Assembly (NCBI GenBank): GCA_000320545.1
Contig: ADNK01000029.1
Coordinates: 141,057-205,056 of the forward strand
DNA length: 64,000 nt
Direction: 5' to 3'
Source: Bigelowiella natans CCMP2755
Lineage: Eukaryota > Protista > Cercozoa
A program made the position numbers and the translations under genes. Numbering within the stretch: position 1 is the first letter of the stretch; each line of letters begins with the position of its first letter. Under the pieces are notes generated by a model that saw only the letters and a program-made list of their open reading frames with translations, ran no database searches and had not been told where the DNA came from. Positions 14,484-26,684 of this stretch are shown one piece after another.

Positions 14484-15322
14484 TTTCGACCTTTCACGGA
14501 ACCTTCCCCTTCTTCAACTTTCTGGTGCCCGATTCCCGGTTTACATACTAAAACGCACTTAATTTCGGAAGGGCGACAACAAATATTCAAGTCGTACTAC
14601 AAAACAAAGGCCGATATTATAGTTTGACACCTCAGAAGTACCAAATCCTTGAATTCCGCCTTCTATTGGCGATAAGCTGTCCCCGCGATAAAATAAACTA
14701 AAAAAATCTTATTTTTGGGGTGCGGTCAAAACAAGCGCTGTGATGATGCGCTAGTCTTTTCGCAGTATTCAAGGGCGTTTCCCTTAGTCCCCGGTATGAT
14801 GCCGATTTTCGCTTATTGAGAAAGCTAAATCCCGGAATCCCCGACACCACAGAAACGTCTAGAAGTGTAACCACTAATTTTGGCCCCCAGAGCGAATCCT
14901 GAGGGGTCGGACGGAGGAAGTCTTTGGCCAGCGATTCATAGAGCATAGCAAGTCTCAGGGCTAGGACCAGCAACATTGGTAAGGATTGCTATTGTAATGA
15001 CGAATACGTAGAAAATTTGTTGAAAATTCCAGGAACTGCATTTCAGAGAATAACCCCTTCTCCATTGTTAGGGGACAGGATAGCGTGTGGCAACACAAAC
15101 TAGATTAACGATCGCACAATGTCCAAGAAGAGGAGAGACTACTAAATCAACATCTAGAGGATAAGGTGATAAATACATTACCAGAAGCTCAGAGGGCGAG
15201 GGCGAAATACTTTTTCCCTATTTCGTTATGATATTTCTATGATTGAGGATCTGCAGAATGTTAAGAGTAATATGATTATAAAGTTGGTCAGGACAATAGC
15301 CAACGAAATTTATTCGATCAAG

Positions 15323-18300
15323 ATGTCAGTGGATAATGAAGAAGATAGGCCCCCGGTATACGAGGGCAAATCGTTGTACATATTTGAAGTGGACAATTGT
15401 TTGCGGAAAGCTTGCATAAATACGATCGATTCTACCATATTTGGAGGTAATAGATGTACATTGATCATAGGATTCGAGATATATATAATCAATCCTTGTC
15501 GGTATTATTATGTTTTAGGCTTTATCCTTCTTACGATTCTCGTCAATTGCATTTTCTTGACTCTTGACGATGGCGATCCGAACTCGAGGATAAGCAAGAT
15601 ATCTGTTGTAGCAGATCACACCTTCACAGCGATCTTCACTGCAGAAGCCGTTGTACGAATAATAGGACAAGGATTCTATTGGTGTGGAAAGGATTCATAC
15701 CTTCGCGACAGTTACAACTGCTTAGATTTCCTCGTCGTTGTACTCTCGTAAGTTCCAAAGCTTTGATTCAATCTACGAAGGTTTCAAAAAATGTACTCAT
15801 GCTTCTTCAGGTTCGTTTCATTTGCTGGATCGGGAGCGAATCTCTCTTTCTTTAGGGCACTTAGAATTTTAAAGCCCCTCAGAGCCATTAAGGCAATCAA
15901 AGGTCTACAAGACAAACTCTAAATGAAGAAAATCTCTGACTAACATCTTACCATAAATCAGGATTGCGGACTTTAACTTCAGCCTTGTTCGAGTCATTAG
16001 AAGGACTTGGCAACGTTCTGTTGTTCTTCTCATTTTGTTTATTTGTCTTCGGCATCATTGGCATGCAAGCCTTTGGAGGCCGCCTGAAGAACAGATGTCT
16101 GGAAGGAGGCACCACTACAGGTTTCATGAGTGGATTTTGTCAGTTTCACTTGATGATTGAATAGCATAGCTCAGAATATATTTGTCATTAGGCTGGTTAG
16201 ATAGAACTTGCTGGCCAAATTCACTTTTGGATGCATACTCCTGCCGAAGCGACGAATCTTGTGCGGATTACGGCAGAAACCCTAGTGAAGGTGTAGTGTC
16301 ATTCGACAACATACTGGTTTCTTGGCTCACAATTCTGCAAGTTACGAGTCTAGAGGGATGGGTAGACGTGATGTACTACTGCGGCGATGCTGTCAGTAAG
16401 TCCATCTCTGCCTTCTACTTCATCTTATGCGTTATGATTCTCTCCCTTTTTGTGAGAAACCTCATCTTGGCAGTCCTTTTCATTAAATTCAATGCGGAAA
16501 AGCATACTTACCAAGAACAAGAAATACCAGAAACAGATTTCATACCTTTCCTCGGCGATTCAGTGCAATTAAAACCAGTAAATGACCCCACATCTAGCGC
16601 AGAAAGGAAGTTATTCTCAAAGCGAGATTCTAAAGAGCTCAGCAATAAGGTACCAGATGCATTTCTTAGTTGGCGTACTGACTGTCCTGAATTCCCAACT
16701 CAAAATTTGTCGTTGATATCAGATACATGCTGCGGAGGACGAAAAGAAACAACTTGTCCTCTCACCAAACAAAGTTGGAAACGATGAGTCGAAACACAAG
16801 GCCAAAGAGATAGTTCTAGACGATGGAAAATCTTTATCAGGATTACCGACAACTGAGAATAAAAACTCAGAACAAAATATCCCCAGCGAAAGCAGGAGTC
16901 CAGAAGCAGCTCCTCTTTTGAACAACTCAGAACAGCCACTAGTGGCGCGTTCCCAAGGTAATGGCGAAGCAGAAATAAAAAGTAAATCAAATGGTGAGCA
17001 GCCACAGGCAATGGAAGCGGACGGCTCGCATGATTCAAAACTGCAGCCACCCCGTACATTAGGCTTGGACAAAGGGGTTTCTCCGCAACCAGCTTTTATT
17101 CTTCCACCCCGAAGGGGGCGTCGTGGAAGGGGGGGAGGAAATCGTGGAAATGGTAAGAGGAGGGGAGGTGGGAGACAGCCGGCGGGTAGAGGGAGGCAAG
17201 CGAAGCTTCCCACCGTAATAGAGAAGGAGAAGCGCTCTGGCATGGACGTAACAGCACAGGATGAGGCTAAACTCCAATCTAAGATGTCAGCTGCATCGCC
17301 CACCCCTTCGGCCGAAGAAGAGCCAAAGGGAACCATAGAATTGCAGCAATCAGGTGAAAATAAGAGCAAAGAGGCGCCAGACGATGTAAAACCAAATCAA
17401 AGTCAAAACGTCATGGTAGGAAAAGAAGGGACGAAGCGGAAACCCAAAAGTGCAGGATCAACAGCAAAGCTGCGAGAAGACGTGGAGCTGGACATAATTG
17501 AAAGAAAGGACAAATCTGCGAGAAAGCAGGGGCAAGATGGTCGCTTGGAAGACTTGGAGATGAAGCCCCTGATAAGCTTATCACCTGATGATACAGAGCA
17601 GCAACCAAACGTTAGAATCACCAACGATGTGCTTCAGCAGTACACAGATAGTAATGCTACAAATGCAGCCGATAAATCACAAAATCAAGTCCCGTCATTG
17701 CAATTAGTTCCCGGAATCCATACTTTTGAAGAGAAGGGAGCATCTAGTAATGAACGGAAGAGGGGTGATTCGCGAACTGAGCTTGACTTTATCAAGGAAA
17801 TGGAGTGCTACAATCGAGACTGGTGCTGCTTTGATTGCCCGACTTGGTGGGATGAACGCATCCAATCGAAACTTCACGATTTCGTCGTCACGCCAGCATT
17901 TCAAGGATGGATCTCCATCGCGATTTTTGTCAACACGATTCTGCTGTGTATTGAACACTACGATATGAGTGAGGAGCTCGCCAATTTCCTGGATGGAATG
18001 AACATCTTCCTGACGATCGTCTTCGCGCTGGAGATGGTTCTTAAGATCGTAGGATTGGGGTGGCAGGAGTACTGCGACGACAACATGAACATATTCGATG
18101 CCTTAGTGGTAATCATCTCGTTCATAGAACTCTCCTTGGGATCATCCAGTGGGCTCACCGCTCTCAGATGCTTCCGACTACTGCGGCTACTAAAATTATT
18201 CCGAAACTGGCCTGACTTGCGCTCGAAAGTGGACGCGCTGTTCAACTCGATGGAGGAAATTCTGTACTTCGTGGGCTTGGTGTTTTTGTTCATGTTCATT

Positions 18301-21300
18301 TATGCAATTCTTGGGGTACAGTTGTTCCGAGGGAAGTTCGTGATTGACGGAGAGACTCAACGCCCAAACTTTGACACATTCCTATGGAGCATGTTGACAG
18401 TTTTCCAAATTATTACGGGTGAGAACTGGAATGAGATATTGGCAGTCGGGGTTCGTGTCGCCGGATGGGGTTCTTCAATGTACTTTGTGACTCTGTACCT
18501 TTTCGGTAGTGTCCTACTCGACCTGTTCTTGGCAATCTTGCTCACTCATCTTATGGACGCTGAGAAGGAAGAGCACCAATTTGGTGGTGTATCCTTCTCC
18601 GACCTCATGATATCTGCAGTGTTGTGCCGTTTTAGAGAGCCAACACCCGAAGAAAATCCAAATACGTCGTCGTCACGTTCGAAGGTCGTCGATAATTATC
18701 CTCCTATTCTCTCCGCTCGTGAGGTTAGGACCGATTCGACAGAGCAACCGCCTCTTATCTTGCCGTCTCCTTCCACTAAAGTGGAGGGACAAGAAAACAA
18801 ACCGACGAAGCCGAAATTGGTACTCGCCAAAAGTTTTTCCTCCAACTTCTTATCATCGCCCTTACCAACAGTTGACGAGACTTCTCCTGTTGACTGTTCT
18901 GAACAAGACGTGAAATCCCTATCAATCGGTACCAAGAGCGGTGGTAGGCCACCTCGCAAAAGCAGAGCGAAGCGACAGAAGACGTTAATCAGAACACGTT
19001 CCTTTACGGCATCTGAGCGAAAGGGGGAGAAGGAAACTTCCAGCCCAGCTGACGCTATTTTCATTCAAGCGAAAAACGAAGTTCTTGAAAACCCAACTCT
19101 GCCTGCAGCGGCGTATTCTAAGCGCGCGAAGGAAAAAGTCATCATTGTCGAAGGAAAATCATTTTTGTTGTTCTCCCCTGATAATTCTTTCCGTATGATG
19201 GTGCTGAACATCGTGGAGAGTGAGAAGTTCACGGCTTTCATCATGTTCCTGATCTTCTTCAGTTGCGTGCTCTTAACCCTCGACCAACCACGATTGGACC
19301 CGGGTAGTACCCTCGGCAAGTTTCTGTTTATCAGCGACATAGTGCTCACAGCGATATTCACTCTCGAGATGCTGCTCAAGTGCATCGCATTCGGGTGTTG
19401 GGGCTCAAATAAGGTGCACCCGGAGGATTTTGATGAAATGGACACATCAGATCAAAAGGAAGGAGACAAGGCACTTAGCCCAAGCTCGCTTGCATTACAA
19501 GGAGAGTTAACGCACAGGGGATTTGCTTTGAATCATATGGTAGCCGATGAAGTGGAAGAGTCAAGCGACGAAATACAGGGTCCATATTTCACTGACGGCT
19601 GGAACGTTCTGGATGCAGTCGTAGTTTTCATATCTCTGGTCAACATTTTTGCAGGCTCTCTTGCCTTCTTTAAAGCATTCCGAGCCTTGCGTTCGCTGAG
19701 AGCTTTGCGTGCAGTGTCTCGTTCTGAGGAAACCAAGGTTGTGATGAAGACCATCATAAAGACGTTCTTCAAGCTGCACAACATCTTGCTCATTGCACTC
19801 ATGATCTTCATAATATTCGCGGTGATTGGGGTCCAGTTTTTCCAAGGGCGGCTGCGTATGTGTATTGGTGACGATGGAACTCGGTACCCAGATCTAAACA
19901 TCGATACATGCGAATCCTTGGGACATACCTGGAAAAATCCAGAATTGCGCAACTTCGATAATACCGGAAGTGCCATGATCCTCCTTTTTGAGGTCGCTTC
20001 TATGGAGATGTGGCCAGACATTATGTTCAGCGTGATCGATGCAACGCCACCTGGAGAGCCCCCGAAAGAGAACTACAACCCCCCGGCGTCTTTGTACTTC
20101 GTGACATTCTTGGTTCTCGGATCGTTCCTGATCGTGTCGATGTTTGTGGGAGCTGTAGTAGGCGTGTACGAGGAGGAATCTGACAAGCTCATGGAACGAG
20201 CAGACGGAGAGGATCAGGATCTCGCCGACCTCAAGAAACTTTGGCTTGAGGTGTACAAGATTATGGTGGAAAACAAACCATCGTACGTGATGATGGAGCC
20301 TGAGGAGGAATGGCGGAAAAAATTCTTCTTCGTCGCCGAACATGATACGTTTGAAATTTTCATCATGTCGGTGATCTGTATCAACGTGTTATTGATGGCG
20401 ATGTCATACCATGGCGCATCTGAAGAATACCTTTTCGGCCTGGAGATCCTGAATACAATCTGCAGCTGCATATTTATGTTGGAGATGGTTATTAAAATGA
20501 TAGGTTTAGGACTCAAGCAATATTTTGGGAACGGCTGGAATCAATTCGATTTCTTTCTTGTGATGGTTTCCATATTAACGATGGCTCTGCAGAGTGTCGT
20601 CACACTGGCGGTGGATCCAACTATCTTCAGAATATTTAGGATTTTGCGAATTTTCAGACTTCTTCCTAAGGCGGAGGGACTTAAAAAAATGATTCGAACG
20701 TTAAAGTTTTCCCTCCCAGCGCTATACAATATCCTCTTCTTGCTGGGGCTCTTCATCTTCGTCTTTGCCGTGATGGGAATGTCCCTGTTTGGTAAAGTGA
20801 AGCATGGGGATTTCCTGGACGATCACGCCAACTTTGAACTCTTCCCAACCGCAGTAGTAACGCTCTTCAGGATCACAACCGGGGAGAGTTGGAATGGAAT
20901 CATGCACGACTGCATGATTCAGCCACCAGAGTGCACGAAAGGAGAGGACTGTGGCAGCGTTCCCTGGGCGTTAATCTTCTTTCCGCTCTATATCCTAGTA
21001 TCATTTTACGCTATGCTCAATCTATTCGTCGCTGTTGTCCTCAAAAACTTTGAGGCCGAAGAAGGAAAATCGGGAGACGGCAACAAAGAATTCTGGGGAA
21101 AATCCCCCGTTCTGCAGGGTGATATTGAGAAGTATTGCGAGATGTGGTCCGAAGTCTTCCCAAATAAACGATACATTCATTTGGATCAGTTGATCAAGTG
21201 GGGTGTACACCTCCAGCTTGTCAACTCAGAGGAAAAAGTTGATAAGAAGGATGGGACGACGATAAAGAAGACGCGGCATTTCCCTCTAAAGGTTACTCGT

Positions 21301-21762
21301 AGGGAAATGAAAGCCCTGAATATCCCATTGTGGAACGACAAGGTGCACTACCTGAGCCTGCTTCAGAAGATATGCCTAAAAAAATTCGTGCAGCGTTTCG
21401 AAATGCTGCACCAAATGAAAACAGAGAAAGCTCTGAAAAATGGGGAAAAGCCTCCTAAACCCATAACTGGTAGCGTAGAAGCTACCTTCCTCAAAGGTAT
21501 AAATAGAGACAACCAGATGCTTCAATGCATCAACGCGTCTGCCCAGGGAGAGTACCCGGAATTATCTAAATTAAAAAATTTCGTTTTCTTGAGCAACCAG
21601 TACTTTGCAGCTGGTCTTCTTAAGAATTGGTGGTTTGCTAGGAAAGCAGCGAGGGGCGAGAAAGTAAGGACCAGAGAGGCAGTGGTCGAGGAGGAGGAAG
21701 ATGTCGGAATTTGTCAACAAGTGTTAGACAAACTAAAAGAAATATTTTGCTGCAGAGAATAA
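15323..21762 (+). CDS. Four-domain voltage-gated Ca2+ channel alpha-1 subunit (Cav/Nav superfamily, EEEE filter)
   Basis: Four S4 helices (FRALRILKPLRAIK, LRCFRLLRLLKLFR, FKAFRALRSLRALR, FRIFRILRIFRLL); pore loops SLEGW, TGENW, SMEMW, TGESW. Domain I lies on short exons; a ~5 kb terminal exon (~16723-21762) holds domains II-IV. Confidence 0.95.
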
Positions 21763-21875
21763 GTACAGTCCTCGTATTAATTAATAGGATAGATATTGTC
21801 ACATGGAAGGATGCCAGCCACCAAGCCGCACATTCATGTTCGAGTTGATAAACATTCTCAAGCAGATACAATTTG

Positions 21876-21960
21876 AGCGCTGTAGCCGCTGCTTTGCATA
21901 GCTACATTAGGATGACCATTGAAAAAATTTAAAACATTTCATTACATCCGTCTCATATTA
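21876..21960 (+). repeat. Dispersed GGATG...CATCC repeat family, copy A (most complete)
   Basis: AGCGCTGTAGCCGCTGCTTTGCATAGCTACATTAGGATGACCATTGAAAAAATTTAAAACATTTCATTACATCCGTCTCATATTA; homologous to the copies listed below. Confidence 0.85.
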
Positions 21961-22244
21961 GCACCCGCTCCTGCTGTTGCAGGCTAGCAGGTAACATCAC
22001 ATGCTCGCTACGATAGCATATTGCATACACATGTCCAGGCTGCTGATCGATCTATTGCTGCATGCAATGCGCATTATAGTATTATTGCATACCATAGCTA
22101 CACTAGTACAGTGCTGTCACATACAGATCGAATGTGTATAACTGTGTAATAACATGCAATATGCATATTTTTACGGTGCTGATATGAGATTCGTGTAAGC
22201 TAGCTGAACTGATCAATAGATTTTTATGATTATTCATATCGACG

Positions 22245-22318
22245 CATAATATGGGCTACATCAGGATGACCATTGAAAAAATTTAATTCTTCATTACATC
22301 CGTCTCATAATATGGGCT
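22245..22318 (+). repeat. Repeat family copy B, bounded by 13-bp direct repeat CATAATATGGGCT
   Basis: GCTACATCAGGATGACCATTGAAAAAATTTAATTCTTCATTACATCCGTCTCATAATA; CATAATATGGGCT at 22245-22257 and 22306-22318. Confidence 0.85.
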
Positions 22319-22776
22319 CGCTAGTAGCGCGGCAAGCAGCACATACATACAGAGACTGTTTTTACTTATAATTGGCATCGTTAGGTTGCATTAATAATTG
22401 TCTAGACTATGGATCGCACATATGCCATCATGCTCACCGGTATACTTTATCGCAATTCATGCTAGGTACAAATAACGATGCTTTGCAGCCATCTACGTCG
22501 TTGCATCGAACCCTGAATTGGCCATTGCATGATGCATTATATGCTACTGTCAGCTGATGCGATGCGGCTTGTCGACTCTGTAGCAGCATCGCCTTCATTT
22601 ATGCGTGTATGTGAAGAATTAAAGTCTGGGCTGCACCCTATGCTACACACACACATGCTAGGACGCTCTAGCGCTGCCGGAAGCGACTGGAATAAAGTGT
22701 AGGCTACGCTACTACTATGCGTTGGTGTTTGTTATTTGCACAACGCATGCAATAATGCAAGCACACGGAATCTACA

Positions 22777-24891
22777 TCATTTGGCACTGTTAACCCTCAT
22801 TAGTCTTCGATTAAAACTTCGCGAAGCTTTCTGATGAAACGCCTTGCGTAAAAATCGCGATAATAAGCAGGCAGCCGACTTAACAAGCGAATAGCCTTTG
22901 ATACACCTGTATGATGTCAGCGGAACGTTCGGAATTCTTAAGATATAGTATATTATGATACTTCTATAAGTCAAAAAAACCTTCATCCGCTCTTCTTGCA
23001 AAAACTAAATCGCGATTTCCAAACATATCCTGAGAGAAATAAGTGATTATCAAGGGAAGTGATGCGAAGTGGAACTGAGGACCTTTTTATCATAATTGTC
23101 GGTCGGCAAGCGCCTCCAAAATATGTTCACAGAAACTGAAAACTCCAGGCTTTTCACACTAAATACGTGCACAAATTTGCTATATTTGATATGCAGCATA
23201 TATATATATGTATAATATGTAACACTTTGTCGGCTTGTGTCCAAACGGATTATGTCAAAGGCTATATTTGACGCTTGGAAATACTTGCAACCTGTGCAGC
23301 CAGAAAGCGGGTATGAAAAGCAAGTCTCCAGGGTTTAGATGGCATTCCCAACGCTTAGCTTCTCCAGCAAGAGGATATCTGCAGAGGAATCACAACAGAA
23401 ACGTCTCTAAAATATACAATATGATATCAGCCCGAATGTATGTAACAATTTGACAGAGAACTAGGCTTAGTCTTCTTCCACTTCTACTTATCTGGATTTA
23501 AATTGCCACCTTCTAGCATCATAGCACCGAGGGTCACAGAGAAGGTCATTGCTTTTTTTCGGAACCCCGAAGTACGTTTGTTGTAGTTTATCAATTTCCT
23601 TCGGTGGAAACAAGATGACCTCTTTCCTCCCGCATATCTGCAGAAGAACCTGACCATGTTGCGTAGAAATGAATTTCGTTTCCGCAAATTCAAATAACTA
23701 TAGTTCGCGTACGTTGTCCATAACATCATAGTGCATGAATAGAACTGTTCCAGCGCTACTGATCCGAAGAACGCTTGAGAAAACCTTCTCACTGTACGTA
23801 AACATATAATTTGAAGATATTCGCAGTGTAGCAATAATCTTTGAGATAGTGCACCTTGGAATAAAATCCGGTTTGTGCACATCGTTCGCAATGCCTTTTT
23901 GATGGCGAGGGTTACGCAAACAAATAAATTAGCATTTCAATTTGGATGACTTTTCAGCACTTGCCTGGCCATTGCTTCCAAAAGTCGGGCAGAGTACCTA
24001 GGTCAACAGCACGTCGGGAGAGAATTGTTAAACAAACGCGTCTAATGCGGGGGCTTTCTATTGGTTGACGAAATATATAGGCACTACTTCGGTTTCTAGG
24101 CGTCGCTCTGAAGTATGAGAAATCGCGGGTGACATTCCGTGTGCAATTGTGGCCACTTAATTTTGAGCCCTCAACCAGACTTTCCAGAGACTTTTTTCTA
24201 ATCGGCAGCAACCCACGCTTGGTAGTTAGATCAGTAGCAACGTTGTGTTTGTGATTATAGTCTGTTATTCACTGAGCTTGCTCAAGAATGGCACCACAGA
24301 GGACGACGACGACTTCAAATGGTACTTACTGGAAATTCTTTTGCTTGAAATCGATCAGTGGAACCGCGCTCGTCTGTTTGTATGGTGTGTACATCTTTTT
24401 CTGCCTCACACTAGGTTGTAGGGATTATGCATACTAACCTGCATGCTAACAGCATCTTTACCGAGACCCTAAAGCGTACACCAACTCATAATTTTCATCC
24501 AAGCATGAATGTCCTCGATTTTCGACCTGGATTAGATACGACGAGTTCCTCCATTTGTCAACACAGCAACCCATATCCATTCCGGAGATTATGCATGGAA
24601 GTTCCTTTGGAAATATTGATGCATCAAAGGGAAAATGTTGGTCGTAGTCTGTGCAGGTCAGTAGCATCGACAAGGTATCATCATCCATCATAGGGAAAAT
24701 GTGAAGGGCGTCTTTGTGACATTTATCTTAGGGACATTCTCGTAGAGCTGTTCATAGAGGCGGCTGCCATTGCCACTGAAGTTGTTGATATCGAAACGAA
24801 GTACCTCTAATTATCCGAAGGACATTCATCAGCGATTAGTGTAAGATGCTCACATGGTAATGTTCGATCTCTCTCTCTCTCTCTCTCCCAT
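22777..24891 (-). CDS. TYW5: tRNA wybutosine-synthesizing protein 5 (JmjC hydroxylase)
   Basis: PCIISGMDMGCCVDKW, LIDFKQKNF, FSSVLRISSAGTVLFMHYDVMDN (HxD) and SVSVNIFWRRLPTDNYDKK match TYW5 hallmarks as I recall them ([33 protein letters not shown]). Start codon uncertain. Confidence 0.88.
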
Positions 24892-25664
24892 TTGGTCAAT
24901 AGCCCGTCATATCAAACAAATACGATATCATGTTTGGTTCGTTTATGAAGGATTCTGGGTCTCTCCGCTCCTGCCTCGATCTTTGTCTTCACAGGGCGGC
25001 GGCGTGCAAAGCAGCCCAGCAGTGCTCGTGGTTTTCATCCGTTGGCTCCGGACGTGAGATATCAGTGATATGAATATGATGGGATTGATTTGCAATGGGG
25101 TCGATGTATTTTTATTCTACGACAAGGAACTGGATCGTTGTCGTACTGTAGAAAATAAATCTTGCACAAAATTGTGTCAATAATACCGTTAGGTTTCGTT
25201 GTCTGGTGAAAAACTCTCCAGATTTTTTTTAAGAGAACGCGCTGTTCATCTCATTTTTTTCGAGTACGCAGCAGGCCAAAGAAGAGAAGAAGAGCACATG
25301 TCGCATTTTTTACCTGCGATTCCGCCTTAACCCATCCTCCAGATGCAACCCAACAGTGTCTACGTAGACTGCGTTTTTGGTACCACAGGATACCACAGGA
25401 ACTACTTCATCTATCATACTGACCAAACGACGAGGTGAAATCGATGTCGTACCTTGATTTCGTAGCTTGAATTTGATGCCAAATTTGAAATTGGAAACGT
25501 TTGCTTACGAGATAACACGTAGACTCCAAAATGGCAAAAATAAAAAGCTTCTCAAATGGAGATCGTTTTTAGTCGAAAACCCGCTATTTTGGCATGACGT
25601 AGAGGTGAAAAGGGCTTCACCTGGGATTGTTTCCCTCACAAGCAAGAGAGGAGACACAGCCACG

Positions 25665-26684
25665 ATGAAGATGATGGAATGCTGCTTCCACACCACAGCC
25701 TCTGTCCCCACCCTAGTTCACACCATTCTCCGAGTCTTCACGTTTTTATTATTAATTGGTGGAGCGAGAGCCACGTTGGCTTCTTCTCAGGTGAAGATTT
25801 TTTAGATCGAACTAAAATATAGCTATTGAAAATTTCCGTGTGGTAGAAGTGTCACAGATCTTGTATTCCCTGGTGCTGCTTTGATTTCGGTTTAAGCTGG
25901 GTCAGGGTGTTCGTGACAATTGTGTATGTATTTCTATGATATTCATTTTCTCAAGAGATTGCAAAACATTTGGACTGAAGAAATTGCGTATGATACGATA
26001 CAACAGAGCCCAGTTGTTCAGGAGTTGCTTTCATCAAACCAGACTGCTGTTCTGGTGATTGACATGCAAAATGACTTCTGCCATCCCGAGGGCGTGAACA
26101 GGCGAATCATGAAATGGCCGGATGTGTGCTCCCCAACAGTGCCTCACATTCATGGCGTTGTTAACGCTGCGAGGCGGAACGATCTCCCGGTAATTTGGAT
26201 CAACGCGGACTACTCCCCGAACGTGGTTTCAGCAGCTTTCGATGCCAAGCTTCGAGAGCGTGGTGAGGAGGGACGGCCTTGTGTTTCAGAGTGGGGCCAA
26301 GACATCATCGAGGAGCTCAAGCCATCGAAATCGCTAATGGAGAGTAGGGGAAACAAGGAATTCATTATGATGAAACCAACATTTAATGCCTTCACAGATA
26401 CCTCACTCGAGGAGGAACTTAGGCTGCGCGGCATTGAAACAGTCGTGGTAACAGGAGTTGCTACTTCTATTTGCGTCGAATCGACGGTGCGCTCAGCAAT
26501 GTTCCAGGGTTTCCATACCGTTGTAGTACGAGAGGGAGTTGGTGACCTTCCTGATCGGAATAGAGATTCTCTTGACCGAGTCGATCTCTTGTTCGGATAC
26601 GTTGCTTCTTCCTTGGACATTATAGCCTCTTGGCTCGTGGACAAAAACCTTTTCGTAGATAAACATTCCATGTCCAGTATGTGA
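25665..26684 (+). CDS. Isochorismatase/cysteine-hydrolase family amidohydrolase with hydrophobic N-terminal leader; may have extra 3' exons
   Basis: TAVLVIDMQNDF (Asp), KPTFNAFTDT (Lys), VTGVATSICVEST (Cys) triad. Exon 1 MKMMECC...RVFTFLLLIGGARATLASSQ|gt. An open frame bounded by splice-like sites at ~26773-26886 suggests continuation. Confidence 0.88.

Noticed and set aside
17059-21210. Antisense ORFs over the channel and other long exons
   Set aside because: Expected shadow ORFs of a long coding exon with no independent coding signal.
15323-21762. Calling the channel a sodium channel
   Set aside because: The filter is EEEE rather than DEKA/DEEA, and there is no IFM motif.
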